A stretch of DNA of 64,000 nucleotides. Origin: Bacteroidota bacterium. Its GTDB lineage: Bacteria > Bacteroidota > Ignavibacteria > Kryptoniales > JAKASW01. Under the pieces are notes generated by a model. That model was not told the DNA's origin. It did no database searches and worked only from the letters and a program-made list of their open reading frames with translations. Shown here in pieces: positions 28,880-36,727 of the stretch. The translations under genes were made by a program, and so were the position numbers. Each line of letters opens with the position of its first letter. The first letter of the stretch is position 1. Location of the stretch: assembly GCA_023480735.1 (NCBI GenBank), contig JAMCXB010000011.1, forward strand, positions 30,169 through 94,168, read 5' to 3'.

Positions 28880-29253
28880 TGGCGTTTGCCTGCGGCGGTG
28901 ATTCTACCGAGTTCACGGAGTCTCATGTTTCTGGCTGAGACGACATTCACCGGCAGCCCCGTTGCTTTCTCGATCTCCTTGTTAGTCGCGTTGCCATTAA
29001 GCTTGATGCATTCGTAGACTTTTTCCATCTGGGTATTAGCAATCCATGGGTCAAGATCGATAATTGTCTTTGCCAGGTTGCGGGTGTCGGTCGCGACCGG
29101 GATCGATTTCGGCATCGTCTCGGTGCCGATCGGCGCCGGGGATGCAGCTGCTCTCTGATCAAAAAGTGGCAGATCAACTCCGACGCCCTTTTCCTGGATG
29201 CGGGCGAAACGGGCAGCGTTGCGACGCCAGGCTGCGGAGTCGTGATGCTTCAT
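28834..29253 (-). CDS. Winged-helix DNA-binding-like protein
   Basis: From the ATG at 29253: 'MKHHDSAAWRRNAARF...ECIKLNGNATNKEIEKATGLPVNVVSARNMRLRELGRI', which is wHTH-like. The longer ORF from 29442 only reads through repeat R3. Confidence 0.4.
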   Translation of the reverse strand: MKHHDSAAWRRNAARFARIQEKGVGVDLPLFDQRAAASPAPIGTETMPKSIPVATDTRNLAKTIIDLDPWIANTQMEKVYECIKLNGNATNKEIEKATGLPVNVVSARNMRLRELGRITAAGKRQCRVTGFVVTCWRIK

Positions 29254-29255
29254 CG

Positions 29256-29288
29256 CCCTCACCCTTGCCCTCTCCCAGACGGAGAGGG
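29256..29288 (+). repeat. Prophage hairpin repeat R3
   Basis: ccctcacccttgccctctccc-agac-ggagaggg. It supplies the C-terminal '...PSPSGRGQG*' of ORF 29259-29498. Confidence 0.75.
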
Positions 29289-29498
29289 AATGCACTCCCC
29301 CGGCTTGAGTATTTCGCGTATCTTCTCGGCGGCGCGTTTCATCCAGTCCGGAGCATGGTCCATGCAGTAGTAGTCGTTCGCCGGGATAGGAGTGCGGACG
29401 TACGCAATGCCCTTGTCGATGACGCTGCCGCAGACCAGGCAAGTAGGTCGGAAGTACGTGATCGCGGAGATGTCGAACTCGAACGGGATGCCGATCAT
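29259..29498 (-). CDS. Hypothetical small protein (Cys-containing)
   Basis: 79-aa ORF on the operon strand with 'CLVCGSVID...YYCMDH'. Its tail is encoded by R3. Confidence 0.3.
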   Translation of the reverse strand: MIGIPFEFDISAITYFRPTCLVCGSVIDKGIAYVRTPIPANDYYCMDHAPDWMKRAAEKIREILKPGECIPSPSGRGQG

Positions 29499-30130
29499 GA
29501 CCTCACCCCTTTGTCGACCTCACCCTGACCCTCTCCTTGAGAAGGAGAGGGGTTATATAAAGAGGCGTCCGCGTCTGGGCATGCGAGTCGTGCTGTCGCG
29601 CCTTCGTCAGGGGGCTGTTGGGAAGGAGGACGCGGATCGCCTCTGGAACTCATGAATGTCTTGTAAAGCTCATGGATGTTAGGCGCGCCGCCGACGACCT
29701 TGTCTGTGCCGGACGGAGAAATCCAGCCGTGGACGCTCTGGCACTTCAGGTAGGTTATGAAGAGCGCGGCCTCCTGTTTATCCGTAAATGCCTTCTGGTC
29801 GCCCAGCTCCGCTGACGGATTGGAGGTCGCTTTCCGGACGTTAGCAACGTGGGTCTTCTTCTCCTCGGCAATTTTCTCAATCACGACGAGGAACCACCTT
29901 AGTGCCTTCTTCCCGCCACTTGTCGCCCATTTCCAGAGGATCCGTTCCACGTCGGTTGCGAGCAGCCTTTGGCTCTCGACCATCTTCGCTACTTCGTTCA
30001 GTGCCTGCTCCTCGACATAATTGATGCCCATGCCGGTGATCCACGTCGCATGCTGGCGAAGAGTGCCCTCCCGGCCGGCAACCTTGAGGACGAGTCTGTC
30101 GAGTGCTGCGAGTGGGGCAGATGGAGTCAT
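29495..30130 (-). CDS. Hypothetical early protein
   Basis: The ATG at 30130 (MTPSAPLAALDRL...) lies just downstream of repeat R5. The longer ORF to 30220 only reads through R5. Confidence 0.35.
   Translation of the reverse strand: MTPSAPLAALDRLVLKVAGREGTLRQHATWITGMGINYVEEQALNEVAKMVESQRLLATDVERILWKWATSGGKKALRWFLVVIEKIAEEKKTHVANVRKATSNPSAELGDQKAFTDKQEAALFITYLKCQSVHGWISPSGTDKVVGGAPNIHELYKTFMSSRGDPRPPSQQPPDEGATARLACPDADASLYNPSPSQGEGQGEVDKGVRS
29501..29552 (+). repeat. Prophage hairpin repeat R4 (double head)
   Basis: cctcacccctttgtcgacctcaccctgaccctctcc-ttgagaa-ggagagggg. It encodes '...PSPSQGEGQGEVDKG...' at the end of ORF 29495-30130. Confidence 0.75.
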
Positions 30131-30134
30131 AACG

Positions 30135-30185
30135 CCCTCACTCTGACTCTCTCCTCTACGAGGCCGTAGGCCCAGGGGGAGAGAG
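30135..30185 (+). repeat. Prophage hairpin repeat R5 (composite loop)
   Basis: ccctcactctgactctctcc-tctacgaggccgtaggccca-ggggagagag. The loop carries a small extra hairpin (ctacg/cgtag). Confidence 0.65.
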
Positions 30186-30200
30186 AAATAAAAGGAGTGG

Positions 30201-30395
30201 TCATTTGTCGAGCACCTCAATGGTTATTTTCACAGGGCGGGAATCAAGATCCGTTTTATGGCGGGTTATCGATAATGTCGGACGCAGCAGGTTAATGTTA
30301 TCGTAAGCAGGGACCTTCTTGAAGCGGAACACCTCAGATGACTTAACGCCCGGCGGGACGAATGCACGGATGATCTTTTTGTCAGTCCTAATCAT
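30201..30395 (-). CDS. Hypothetical small protein
   Basis: 64-aa ORF, tightly packed after gam on the operon strand. Confidence 0.3.
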   Translation of the reverse strand: MIRTDKKIIRAFVPPGVKSSEVFRFKKVPAYDNINLLRPTLSITRHKTDLDSRPVKITIEVLDK

Positions 30396-30909
30396 TCTGG
30401 ATGGTCTCCCAGTTTGGCTCGATGAAGAAGGTCTCGGCTTGGTCGATCTTAAGTCCGATCGATGCGAGGTTCTCGTCAGTCAACTCTTTCGCTGTGTAGT
30501 CGGCGAGGACTAGTTCTTTATCGATTTCCTCTTTTTGCCGGACGTACCTGCCCTTAAAAATTCGCTTAATCAGTTCCAGGGTAGTATTAATGTTATATTT
30601 CCGATTAAGCTGAGAAACTTTCGGCGGGTTTGTGCGAAAGCCAACCTCACCGTGGACGAAACTTCTTGTGCGGACTTTATCGAAGTCCGGTTTATGCACG
30701 AGACAATACTGCTCGATCTCCTTTTCAATCAACTCGGACTGACTGCAGGCATCCGCGGTTTTGTCGTTAAAGTCGGCGCGAATAGACTGGATGAGTTTAT
30801 TCATGTCCGCTTCGGCTTTTGCAATAAACACTTTGTGGCGTCCGAGCTCGAGCAACTGAGAATCGAGATCGTCGTAGTTGAAGACGTGTTTGGCTGTCAA
30901 TCTTGTCAT
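30388..30909 (-). CDS. gam: Host-nuclease inhibitor Gam (Mu Gam family)
   Basis: 173 aa. 'LGRHKVFIAKAEADMNKLIQSIRADF...EIEQYCLVHKPDF...RSFVHGEVGFRTNPPKV' matches the Mu Gam architecture. Confidence 0.7.
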   Translation of the reverse strand: MTRLTAKHVFNYDDLDSQLLELGRHKVFIAKAEADMNKLIQSIRADFNDKTADACSQSELIEKEIEQYCLVHKPDFDKVRTRSFVHGEVGFRTNPPKVSQLNRKYNINTTLELIKRIFKGRYVRQKEEIDKELVLADYTAKELTDENLASIGLKIDQAETFFIEPNWETIQND

Positions 30910-30910
30910 G

Positions 30911-31144
30911 TTACCTGTCCCTTAGATTTATGATTTGCGTTATATGCTCCACGTTCTCGATCGAGATCGAGATGCGGAGGTTAAAGATTTCGGCGCAGTT
31001 GCTACAGATGCCGGTGCCCTCACCCCGTCCCTCTCCGAAAGGGAGAGGGTGATACACGACGATCCAGTGGCACGCCTCACCCTTATCGCTGATGCAGGCA
31101 TCGTAATCGGTGCAGCCACAATAGAGGCATTTGGTGTCGTTCAT
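30911..31144 (-). CDS. Small Cys-rich (zinc-binding-like) phage protein interrupted in frame by repeat R6
   Basis: 'CLYCGCTDYDAC...GEACHW[IVVYHPLPFGEGRGEGTG]ICSNC'. The bracketed part is encoded by R6. Confidence 0.45.
   Translation of the reverse strand: MNDTKCLYCGCTDYDACISDKGEACHWIVVYHPLPFGEGRGEGTGICSNCAEIFNLRISISIENVEHITQIINLRDR
31017..31049 (+). repeat. Prophage hairpin repeat R6 (in frame inside the Cys-rich ORF)
   Basis: ccctcaccccgtccctctcc-gaaa-gggagaggg. Confidence 0.75.
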
Positions 31145-31392
31145 AGCTTCACGCCCTCACCTAAATCCTCTCCCAAGGGGGAGAGGACATGATGGAGAGG
31201 GGACGCGTGGAAGATGGTTCCGTCCAAGTGGAAATGGTCCGCGAATTCGAGGATGATCTCTATGGCGCGCTCCAGGTCAACCGCGACGGTCACACCTCCG
31301 GATTTCACGCGCATAAACTTACCCTCCGGGATCAGCTCGAGCTGAGCCGGGCAATTATTGCTGTCACACGCGCACTTGATTACCCTATCCAT
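31141..31392 (-). CDS. Hypothetical small protein
   Basis: 83-aa ORF on the operon strand. Its tail '...SPLGEDLGEGVKL*' is encoded by R7. Confidence 0.3.
   Translation of the reverse strand: MDRVIKCACDSNNCPAQLELIPEGKFMRVKSGGVTVAVDLERAIEIILEFADHFHLDGTIFHASPLHHVLSPLGEDLGEGVKL
31154..31203 (+). repeat. Prophage hairpin repeat R7 (long subfamily, shared with R15)
   Basis: ccctcacctaaatcctctccc-aag-ggggagagg-acatgatggagagggga. It is nearly identical in layout to 44376-44427. Confidence 0.75.
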
Positions 31393-31687
31393 GACGGAGC
31401 CTCCTTCCAGCTAGAATGCCAGCGGCGGTCCCGAGGAGGATAGCGGTAGAGATGAGTACGGGTATAATGTGCCGGACTTTCGGAGTTACGAATCCACGCA
31501 TCGCCTGGATGAGCTCGGCGCGGTAATCACCACGCGCCCAGACCTCGGCATCATGGCACTCCCGACAGAGCCAACTCGACCAGGCGCTAGACTTGGTGAG
31601 TCGGTGACGGCAACCAACGCAGATCGTGTCGGGATCAGAGAGAGCGTTAAAGATTGTCATTGTAGTATCCCCTGCATAAGGCACCAT
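31385..31687 (-). CDS. Hypothetical zinc-ribbon-like protein with a C-terminal TM segment
   Basis: It has 'CVGCRH...CRECH' and 'IIPVLISTAILLGTAAGILA'. The likely start is the internal MTIFNAL (31660). Confidence 0.3.
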   Translation of the reverse strand: MVPYAGDTTMTIFNALSDPDTICVGCRHRLTKSSAWSSWLCRECHDAEVWARGDYRAELIQAMRGFVTPKVRHIIPVLISTAILLGTAAGILAGRRLRHG

Positions 31688-31750
31688 ATCCCCACGGCAA
31701 GGAGGACGGAGGAGGCGAATAAGAACAAAACGGTGTCGACGTCGGGATAA

Positions 31751-32272
31751 TTACGCTGTGGCATATTCCGGCTCCGATCTGGTGCGTACCATGACCTCCG
31801 AAAGGCGATCGTGGTTCTGGTTTTCCTCGTAGACGACAAGGTCGTCGGACGTTTCGGCAGTCTTACTCCAATCGAAGCGCGAGAGCCAATCGACGAAATC
31901 CGAAGTGTGATGTGGAAGAAGTCGCTTACATCCTTCGATGAGTCGCAACTTGCCTGCGGGCGTAAGTGATCTTGTGAAGCCGTTGTCCTCGTATTTGAGT
32001 TCAAATAAGAGCGAGGCGAGGCGCGAAATCTTGTCGGGTTGGTTCGGATAAAGATCGTCGGCAAGATTCAAGGCGCGAAGTTCAGTCTGCTGGTTGACCG
32101 CGAGCTGCCGCCATCGGTTGACGGAATCGTGTTGGACCCGGAACTTTGATTCGAGGTCGCGATAGAAATATTCGGCGACTTCGGCGTCGTAGTCCTTGCC
32201 GGCGCGGAGCATTCCGACGATGACAATACCGATGACCATACCGACGGTCAACGCGACAATTACTGTGAGCAT
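31751..32272 (-). CDS. Membrane-anchored hypothetical protein
   Basis: The ATG at 32272 follows GGAGG, and the N-terminus is a TM segment (MLTVIVALTVGMVIGIVIVGML). The longer ORF to 32458 overlaps the GemA-like gene. Confidence 0.4.
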   Translation of the reverse strand: MLTVIVALTVGMVIGIVIVGMLRAGKDYDAEVAEYFYRDLESKFRVQHDSVNRWRQLAVNQQTELRALNLADDLYPNQPDKISRLASLLFELKYEDNGFTRSLTPAGKLRLIEGCKRLLPHHTSDFVDWLSRFDWSKTAETSDDLVVYEENQNHDRLSEVMVRTRSEPEYATA

Positions 32273-32273
32273 T

Positions 32274-32819
32274 TTAACCTCCTGACTTTTGAGTGTTTGG
32301 ATCGGAGGAGCGAACCCCTCCTTTGTCCTCCCCTTGGTAAGGGGAGGAAATGTTTTTGCGGAATTTCTTTGTATGCTTGAGATAGTCCTCTCGGTCTTCG
32401 TCGCTGAGTTTGAGTTTGCCTGACTTGATGTCGCCGTCGATGATGGCGACGAGGGCACGGATGATCAGTGACTGTTCGCGCGGCGTGCATTTGTCCGTGC
32501 GGGGCTTGCTGGTCATGCGGTAGCAGAGATGTGCGGTTTGCTTCCAGGACCAGTGAAGATAATCCATGAGGCGCGCGATCTGGCGGTTTTGCGCAGAGGG
32601 CATAGCGCGCGGCGCAGAGTGCGACGAAGATCGCTCGGCGGCACGACGGAGAGAGATAAGGATAAGGTTAGCGGTTTCGTCGTCGCAATGTGTGAGGTGT
32701 CCTTCCGATCGTGGCTCGGTGTTAAGGACGATCTGACGGAATACGTCATCGTCGATGACGAGGCGATGTTGGAGGGCTTTGATTTTCTGGTTGAACTTGC
32801 GGCGGTCAACGGGATTCAC
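32274..32819 (-). CDS. GemA / Mu gp16-like regulatory protein (DUF1018-like)
   Basis: 'KIKALQHRLVIDDDVFRQIVL...LTHCDDETANLILISL' and its position downstream of MuB fit gp16/GemA. The tail is encoded by R8. Confidence 0.45.
   Translation of the reverse strand: MNPVDRRKFNQKIKALQHRLVIDDDVFRQIVLNTEPRSEGHLTHCDDETANLILISLRRAAERSSSHSAPRAMPSAQNRQIARLMDYLHWSWKQTAHLCYRMTSKPRTDKCTPREQSLIIRALVAIIDGDIKSGKLKLSDEDREDYLKHTKKFRKNISSPYQGEDKGGVRSSDPNTQKSGG
32315..32348 (+). repeat. Prophage hairpin repeat R8 (divergent)
   Basis: cccctcctttgtcctcccc-ttggtaa-ggggagga. Confidence 0.6.
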
Positions 32820-33193
32820 GGGTGTAACTCGGTAGAGACAGGGAGACTCGGGGACTCAGAGACGGGGAGAGCATCAAAGAGTTCAGGAGGAGTCTTTAGT
32901 CTGATCGTCTCATCCAGCTCGCTGAGTTCATTTGCCAGGGCGCGGCGCTCTTTCTGCCATTCATCCCAGTGGAGTTCCTGGCGTTTCTGTAATTTGAGCA
33001 TCTCATTGTACTTATGTCCGAGGTCGCCAAGCTTTTGGGCATTGGACGGCGTCATCGGCTTATTCATGATCGTGTTGATCATGGTCCGGATGGTGAGTAT
33101 CTCGGTCTTTGGACTTGTGCTCAGGCTTTTATCGAGCGAGTTAAATCGTTTCGAGAGGATGACGCGGAATAATCGAAGGGTTGAGAGTCTCAT
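32816..33193 (-). CDS. Hypothetical coiled-coil protein
   Basis: 125-aa ORF on the operon strand. Its tail is encoded by G-rich block D. Confidence 0.3.
   Translation of the reverse strand: MRLSTLRLFRVILSKRFNSLDKSLSTSPKTEILTIRTMINTIMNKPMTPSNAQKLGDLGHKYNEMLKLQKRQELHWDEWQKERRALANELSELDETIRLKTPPELFDALPVSESPSLPVSTELHP
32831..32872 (+). repeat. G-rich repeat block D
   Basis: ggtagagacagggagactcggggactcagagacggggagagc. The core GAGACGGGGAGAGC matches 13 of 15 positions of the 15-mer in blocks B and C. Confidence 0.5.
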
Positions 33194-33507
33194 TTGCTTA
33201 CTCCTTTCTTGTTTAACTCACGTAGGGCGGACTTTCCCAAATCCGTGAGTGACCAGATTGATTCCGATCGCATTTTGATTTTTGCCACGAAGCCGTTCTG
33301 ACGCAACGACATGAGAAGATGACCGACCCTGAATATTGTCATATCGCATCCGCCCTTGCGGAGATGCGACCAAATTTCGCGCGTCGAGGCTTCATGGCAC
33401 GGCGGCGGAGTGAGCGTCGCGATGGCGGTGAGGACCTCCGGATAATGGTCGGAGGTCGACGAGAATTGACTCAGTCGATTAGCCACGAATACGCCTCCTT
33501 CAGGCAA
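33190..33507 (-). CDS. Winged-helix-like small protein
   Basis: 'STREIWSHLRKGGCDMTIFRVGHLLMSLRQNGFVAKI' is a MarR/wHTH-like pattern. Confidence 0.35.
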   Translation of the reverse strand: MPEGGVFVANRLSQFSSTSDHYPEVLTAIATLTPPPCHEASTREIWSHLRKGGCDMTIFRVGHLLMSLRQNGFVAKIKMRSESIWSLTDLGKSALRELNKKGVSK

Positions 33508-34418
33508 TCGCTGTCAATCTCTCCGAGGTCTTTCATCTGCATAATGTCGTACGCTCGTTTGAAGAGGTTGACGAACGACCGAATGCCGTCATGTTTCACC
33601 GACCAGTCCCACGCCTGTTTGATCTCCGCCTTGTCAAGGTCGTGAGGGAAACGGTCGGCGATCTGCTTTGCCTCACCGATGTCGATGTCACCGATTCGGC
33701 GCTTGATCGGGATTCGACTACGGAGATAACCGAGGTCGTCATTTTGCAGAAGCCTAAGCAGCCGATCGCTGGCGATGAGGACGATGGCACAGCGCTCCTG
33801 GTTGTCACCATGGATGTCACGGAGAAGTTTCAGGCTCTTCGGCTTGAGTTCGTCGGCTTCGTCGACGATGAGAAGCATCGGGTTGCGCTGCAGGTGACGG
33901 ATGATTGCAGCGAGGCGGTTGGCGGCGGGTCCGCTAATCTGGTCATTGATGTCGAGAGACTCGGCGATCTTGTTGAGCAGCTCCATGGGAGACGAAGCGC
34001 CTGATAACTCAATGAACCTGGCGTAGTCGGGGTGCTGCGCAACATACAGGAGAGCGGCTTCCGACTTTCCGCGTCCGAACCGTCCGACCACCATGCCGAT
34101 CTCTTTCCGCTTCCAGGTGAGTTCGATGACGGCTTCGATCTCGTCGACCGTCCTGGTACGGACAATCGTGTGACGTGCCACCCAGTAACGGTAGAAGCGG
34201 GCGATAGCGTCGAGGACCGTCGCGTCGTCAGCCTGGTATTTCCCACTGAGGACCTGAGAGACAGTGGACGTCTTGAAGCCAGTTGCCTTTTCGATGTCCT
34301 TTAGTTTGAGTTCCCCCGAGGAGACAAGCTCGGCGACTTTTTTCCGGATAGCCTGGGGATCATCGCCGGTGACGCGGAGATTTTCGACCAGATTAAGTTT
34401 GACTGCTGCTTGTGGCAT
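33471..34418 (-). CDS. MuB-like AAA+ ATPase (transposition target-DNA activator)
   Basis: The ATG at 34418 follows GAGGAGG. It has an N-terminal HTH ('IEKATGFKTSTVSQVLSG'), Walker A 'GRFGRGKSEA' and Walker B 'LLIVDEAD', and lies directly downstream of the transposase. Confidence 0.75.
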   Translation of the reverse strand: MPQAAVKLNLVENLRVTGDDPQAIRKKVAELVSSGELKLKDIEKATGFKTSTVSQVLSGKYQADDATVLDAIARFYRYWVARHTIVRTRTVDEIEAVIELTWKRKEIGMVVGRFGRGKSEAALLYVAQHPDYARFIELSGASSPMELLNKIAESLDINDQISGPAANRLAAIIRHLQRNPMLLIVDEADELKPKSLKLLRDIHGDNQERCAIVLIASDRLLRLLQNDDLGYLRSRIPIKRRIGDIDIGEAKQIADRFPHDLDKAEIKQAWDWSVKHDGIRSFVNLFKRAYDIMQMKDLGEIDSDCLKEAYSWLID

Positions 34419-34449
34419 GATTACGCCTCCTCTATAATGTGTGCCATGA

Positions 34450-34830
34450 TTACATTTCCCTGTCGAAGTGGCCGTCTTCGGGGTCATCACCCTCACCCTG
34501 TCCCTCTCCCTCCGGGAGAGGGGACGCCAGTTGACGGCCCTCAGGTATGTACGGGAGCGGTGAACGGTCATATTTCTCGCGGGCCATGTTGTACTTGCGG
34601 CACCATGCTTCAGTGGTTGGGGAGATGGAGAAGATCGCCTTCGGTCCGTAGAGGACCGAGTGAGAAAAGCCGGTCTCGCCTTTCGTGATGTCGATCTGGA
34701 GCATGACCTCCGTGCCGATTTTGCGGGTTGTCAAACGGCCAGCGCAAGTGGTGTGCCCCATGATCTCGAGAAAAGCCCAGGCGTCGATGTTCTCTTCCTG
34801 AATCGGGATTGTTGTGGCTTCGAAGTCCAT
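34450..34830 (-). CDS. Hypothetical protein between MuA and MuB
   Basis: 126-aa ORF. Its tail '...SPLPEGEGQGEGDDPEDGHFDREM*' is encoded by R9. Confidence 0.35.
   Translation of the reverse strand: MDFEATTIPIQEENIDAWAFLEIMGHTTCAGRLTTRKIGTEVMLQIDITKGETGFSHSVLYGPKAIFSISPTTEAWCRKYNMAREKYDRSPLPYIPEGRQLASPLPEGEGQGEGDDPEDGHFDREM
34486..34523 (+). repeat. Prophage hairpin repeat R9
   Basis: atcaccctcaccctgtccctctccc-tcc-gggagagggg. Confidence 0.75.
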
Positions 34831-34834
34831 TTTG

Positions 34835-36727
34835 CTACCTAATTTTGTTGACGGCTGCGATGGTAAGCTTTGTCGACTTCGCGAATGCCTTCGCAGTCTC
34901 TTCCAGCTCGACCATCTCTTTGTGTTTTTTGACTTGCTTGCTTTGTTCGATCGCTTCCTTCTCGATGCCGGTCATGACGACGACCTGGGGTGTTGACTTA
35001 GAGAGGAGTGCTTCCGGTACAGCTACGGCGGTTGAGAGCTTGCCTTCGAGCAGCAAGTACTTCGCGTCGGTGCGGGTAATGCCCTTGCGGACTTCCTGTA
35101 GTTCTTCTTTTAGGTCGCGCTCGTGGCGGCGGCGGTCTTTGAGTATTTTTACCCACCCACGGGCGTCCTTGCCGAACATGTCTTTGTTGGCGGCGGTCGC
35201 GATAAACTTTCCGTCGACGTAAATCGATACGACGCCGAGGTCCCGTAGGTCATAATAGATCTCCGCGCGCTTTCCGTTGTACTTAAACAATTCGTCGGAA
35301 TAGTATTCGCTTCCGAGGAGCGTGACCTGGCTGCGCTTGATCGGCCGCTTCTCGACGCGGTTCATTAAGAAGTCAAGGATGCGAACGTCGATCGTCCGGT
35401 TCTGGTGTTGGTTGGTGAGATAATATATGAGAGGCGATTGATCCTTGAGGGATCTGTGGATTTTGTTGTTGTAAACATTTACGGCAAGGGCAACGAGTTT
35501 GTCGAACGTCTCGACCTGCAGTATCTGTCCTGCCTTGATCTCTTCGCCGAGAGAATCCGGTTTGTTCAGGCGCATGTTGTTGCCCTTGTAGCCGGGCAGA
35601 TACTTGACCATACGCTGGATCGTACCGTACCATCTTTCCTGTTCGGCTTTACTCATACCGTGGTACGGCAGAGTGTAGTGGAGCCTGGTAATCCGGCTGA
35701 CGGAGAGGCGAGCCTGGTCGTTGAAGTCCACCTTCCCAAAGACCCTTTGAGTGTACTTTGAACGGTAGTCCTTGCCGTTATCGATCGTGACGTTTTCGGG
35801 GAGGCAATTGACATGGACGGGTTCGTAGTGGCCCTCACCGACCTCACCCCGACCCTCTCCTTCTAAAGGAGAGGAAGGCATCACAAACGCTTTGAGCTGG
35901 CCGCCCAGTACCGCGTTACGGAACGCCATAGCTATCGTGTCGGAGTTCGGCTGCCATGACAGGTAATAACCGACGATGAGGCGGGTCCGCATGTCGATGA
36001 ACGACGTAATCCACCGTCGGTCGAACTTTCCCTGCTCGTTCATGATGATGAAATCCAACTCGGTATGATCGCCGAACCACAGCTCGTTCACTGCGTACTG
36101 TTCCGGGTCACGGGTGACGAATGGCATCTGCTTGGCATCGAAGTCGTTCTTCCTAGAACGTCCGTAGCGGATGGAGATCTCCGATTCCCTCACTCGCCGG
36201 AGGTAGCGAACGACTGAGGAAAGTGCGGGTAGATCTCCAATCGCTGCGGGTGTACCATCATCGGTGACGACCTGGCCTGCGCGGGTCCTCGTTACGAGCG
36301 CCTTGTAGACGGCCTCCGCGTCGACGTTCTCGTGACTGTACAATGATTTCGCAAGGTCATCCAGCCCGATGCATTCGCCGGTCGTCGGCACGACAACAGA
36401 GAGATGCTTCGCCGAGCGGAGAGTCATCTTGTCGGAACGCTCGCTGCGTGCCACGACGTTTTCAATCGCGGCTCGAAGTTGCGGATGGTTGAGTACGGAT
36501 TCAAAGGACGAGCGGGGTTCGAGTCCGAAGATCTTCCGCAGTTTCGCTTTGTACCGGCGCTGCGTGCCAGCGGGAAGGCCGTGACTGGCGGCGATCGACT
36601 TCTCGAGCTCGCTCACGTTATCAGCGGTTGAGATTGAGAGCGTCATCGCGTCGATCTTGCGGATGACATCCGGGGTGAGCTTGTCGGCGGGGACGAGTTC
36701 GAGGTCTATGGATGATGGTACAGTCAC
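34835..36727 (-). CDS. MuA-type DDE transposase (rve core plus Mu transposase C-terminal region), carrying in-frame repeat R10
   Basis: 'WFGDHTELDFII' (D1), 'VTIDNGKDYRS' (D2) and 'PYHGMSKAEQERWYG' (E). The start is GTG at 36727. 'PSSPLEGEGRGEVGEG' between D1 and D2 is encoded by R10. Confidence 0.85.
   Translation of the reverse strand: MTVPSSIDLELVPADKLTPDVIRKIDAMTLSISTADNVSELEKSIAASHGLPAGTQRRYKAKLRKIFGLEPRSSFESVLNHPQLRAAIENVVARSERSDKMTLRSAKHLSVVVPTTGECIGLDDLAKSLYSHENVDAEAVYKALVTRTRAGQVVTDDGTPAAIGDLPALSSVVRYLRRVRESEISIRYGRSRKNDFDAKQMPFVTRDPEQYAVNELWFGDHTELDFIIMNEQGKFDRRWITSFIDMRTRLIVGYYLSWQPNSDTIAMAFRNAVLGGQLKAFVMPSSPLEGEGRGEVGEGHYEPVHVNCLPENVTIDNGKDYRSKYTQRVFGKVDFNDQARLSVSRITRLHYTLPYHGMSKAEQERWYGTIQRMVKYLPGYKGNNMRLNKPDSLGEEIKAGQILQVETFDKLVALAVNVYNNKIHRSLKDQSPLIYYLTNQHQNRTIDVRILDFLMNRVEKRPIKRSQVTLLGSEYYSDELFKYNGKRAEIYYDLRDLGVVSIYVDGKFIATAANKDMFGKDARGWVKILKDRRRHERDLKEELQEVRKGITRTDAKYLLLEGKLSTAVAVPEALLSKSTPQVVVMTGIEKEAIEQSKQVKKHKEMVELEETAKAFAKSTKLTIAAVNKIR
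35832..35874 (+). repeat. Prophage hairpin repeat R10 (double head, in frame inside the MuA catalytic core)
   Basis: ccctcaccgacctcaccccgaccctctcc-ttctaaa-ggagagg. Confidence 0.75.
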
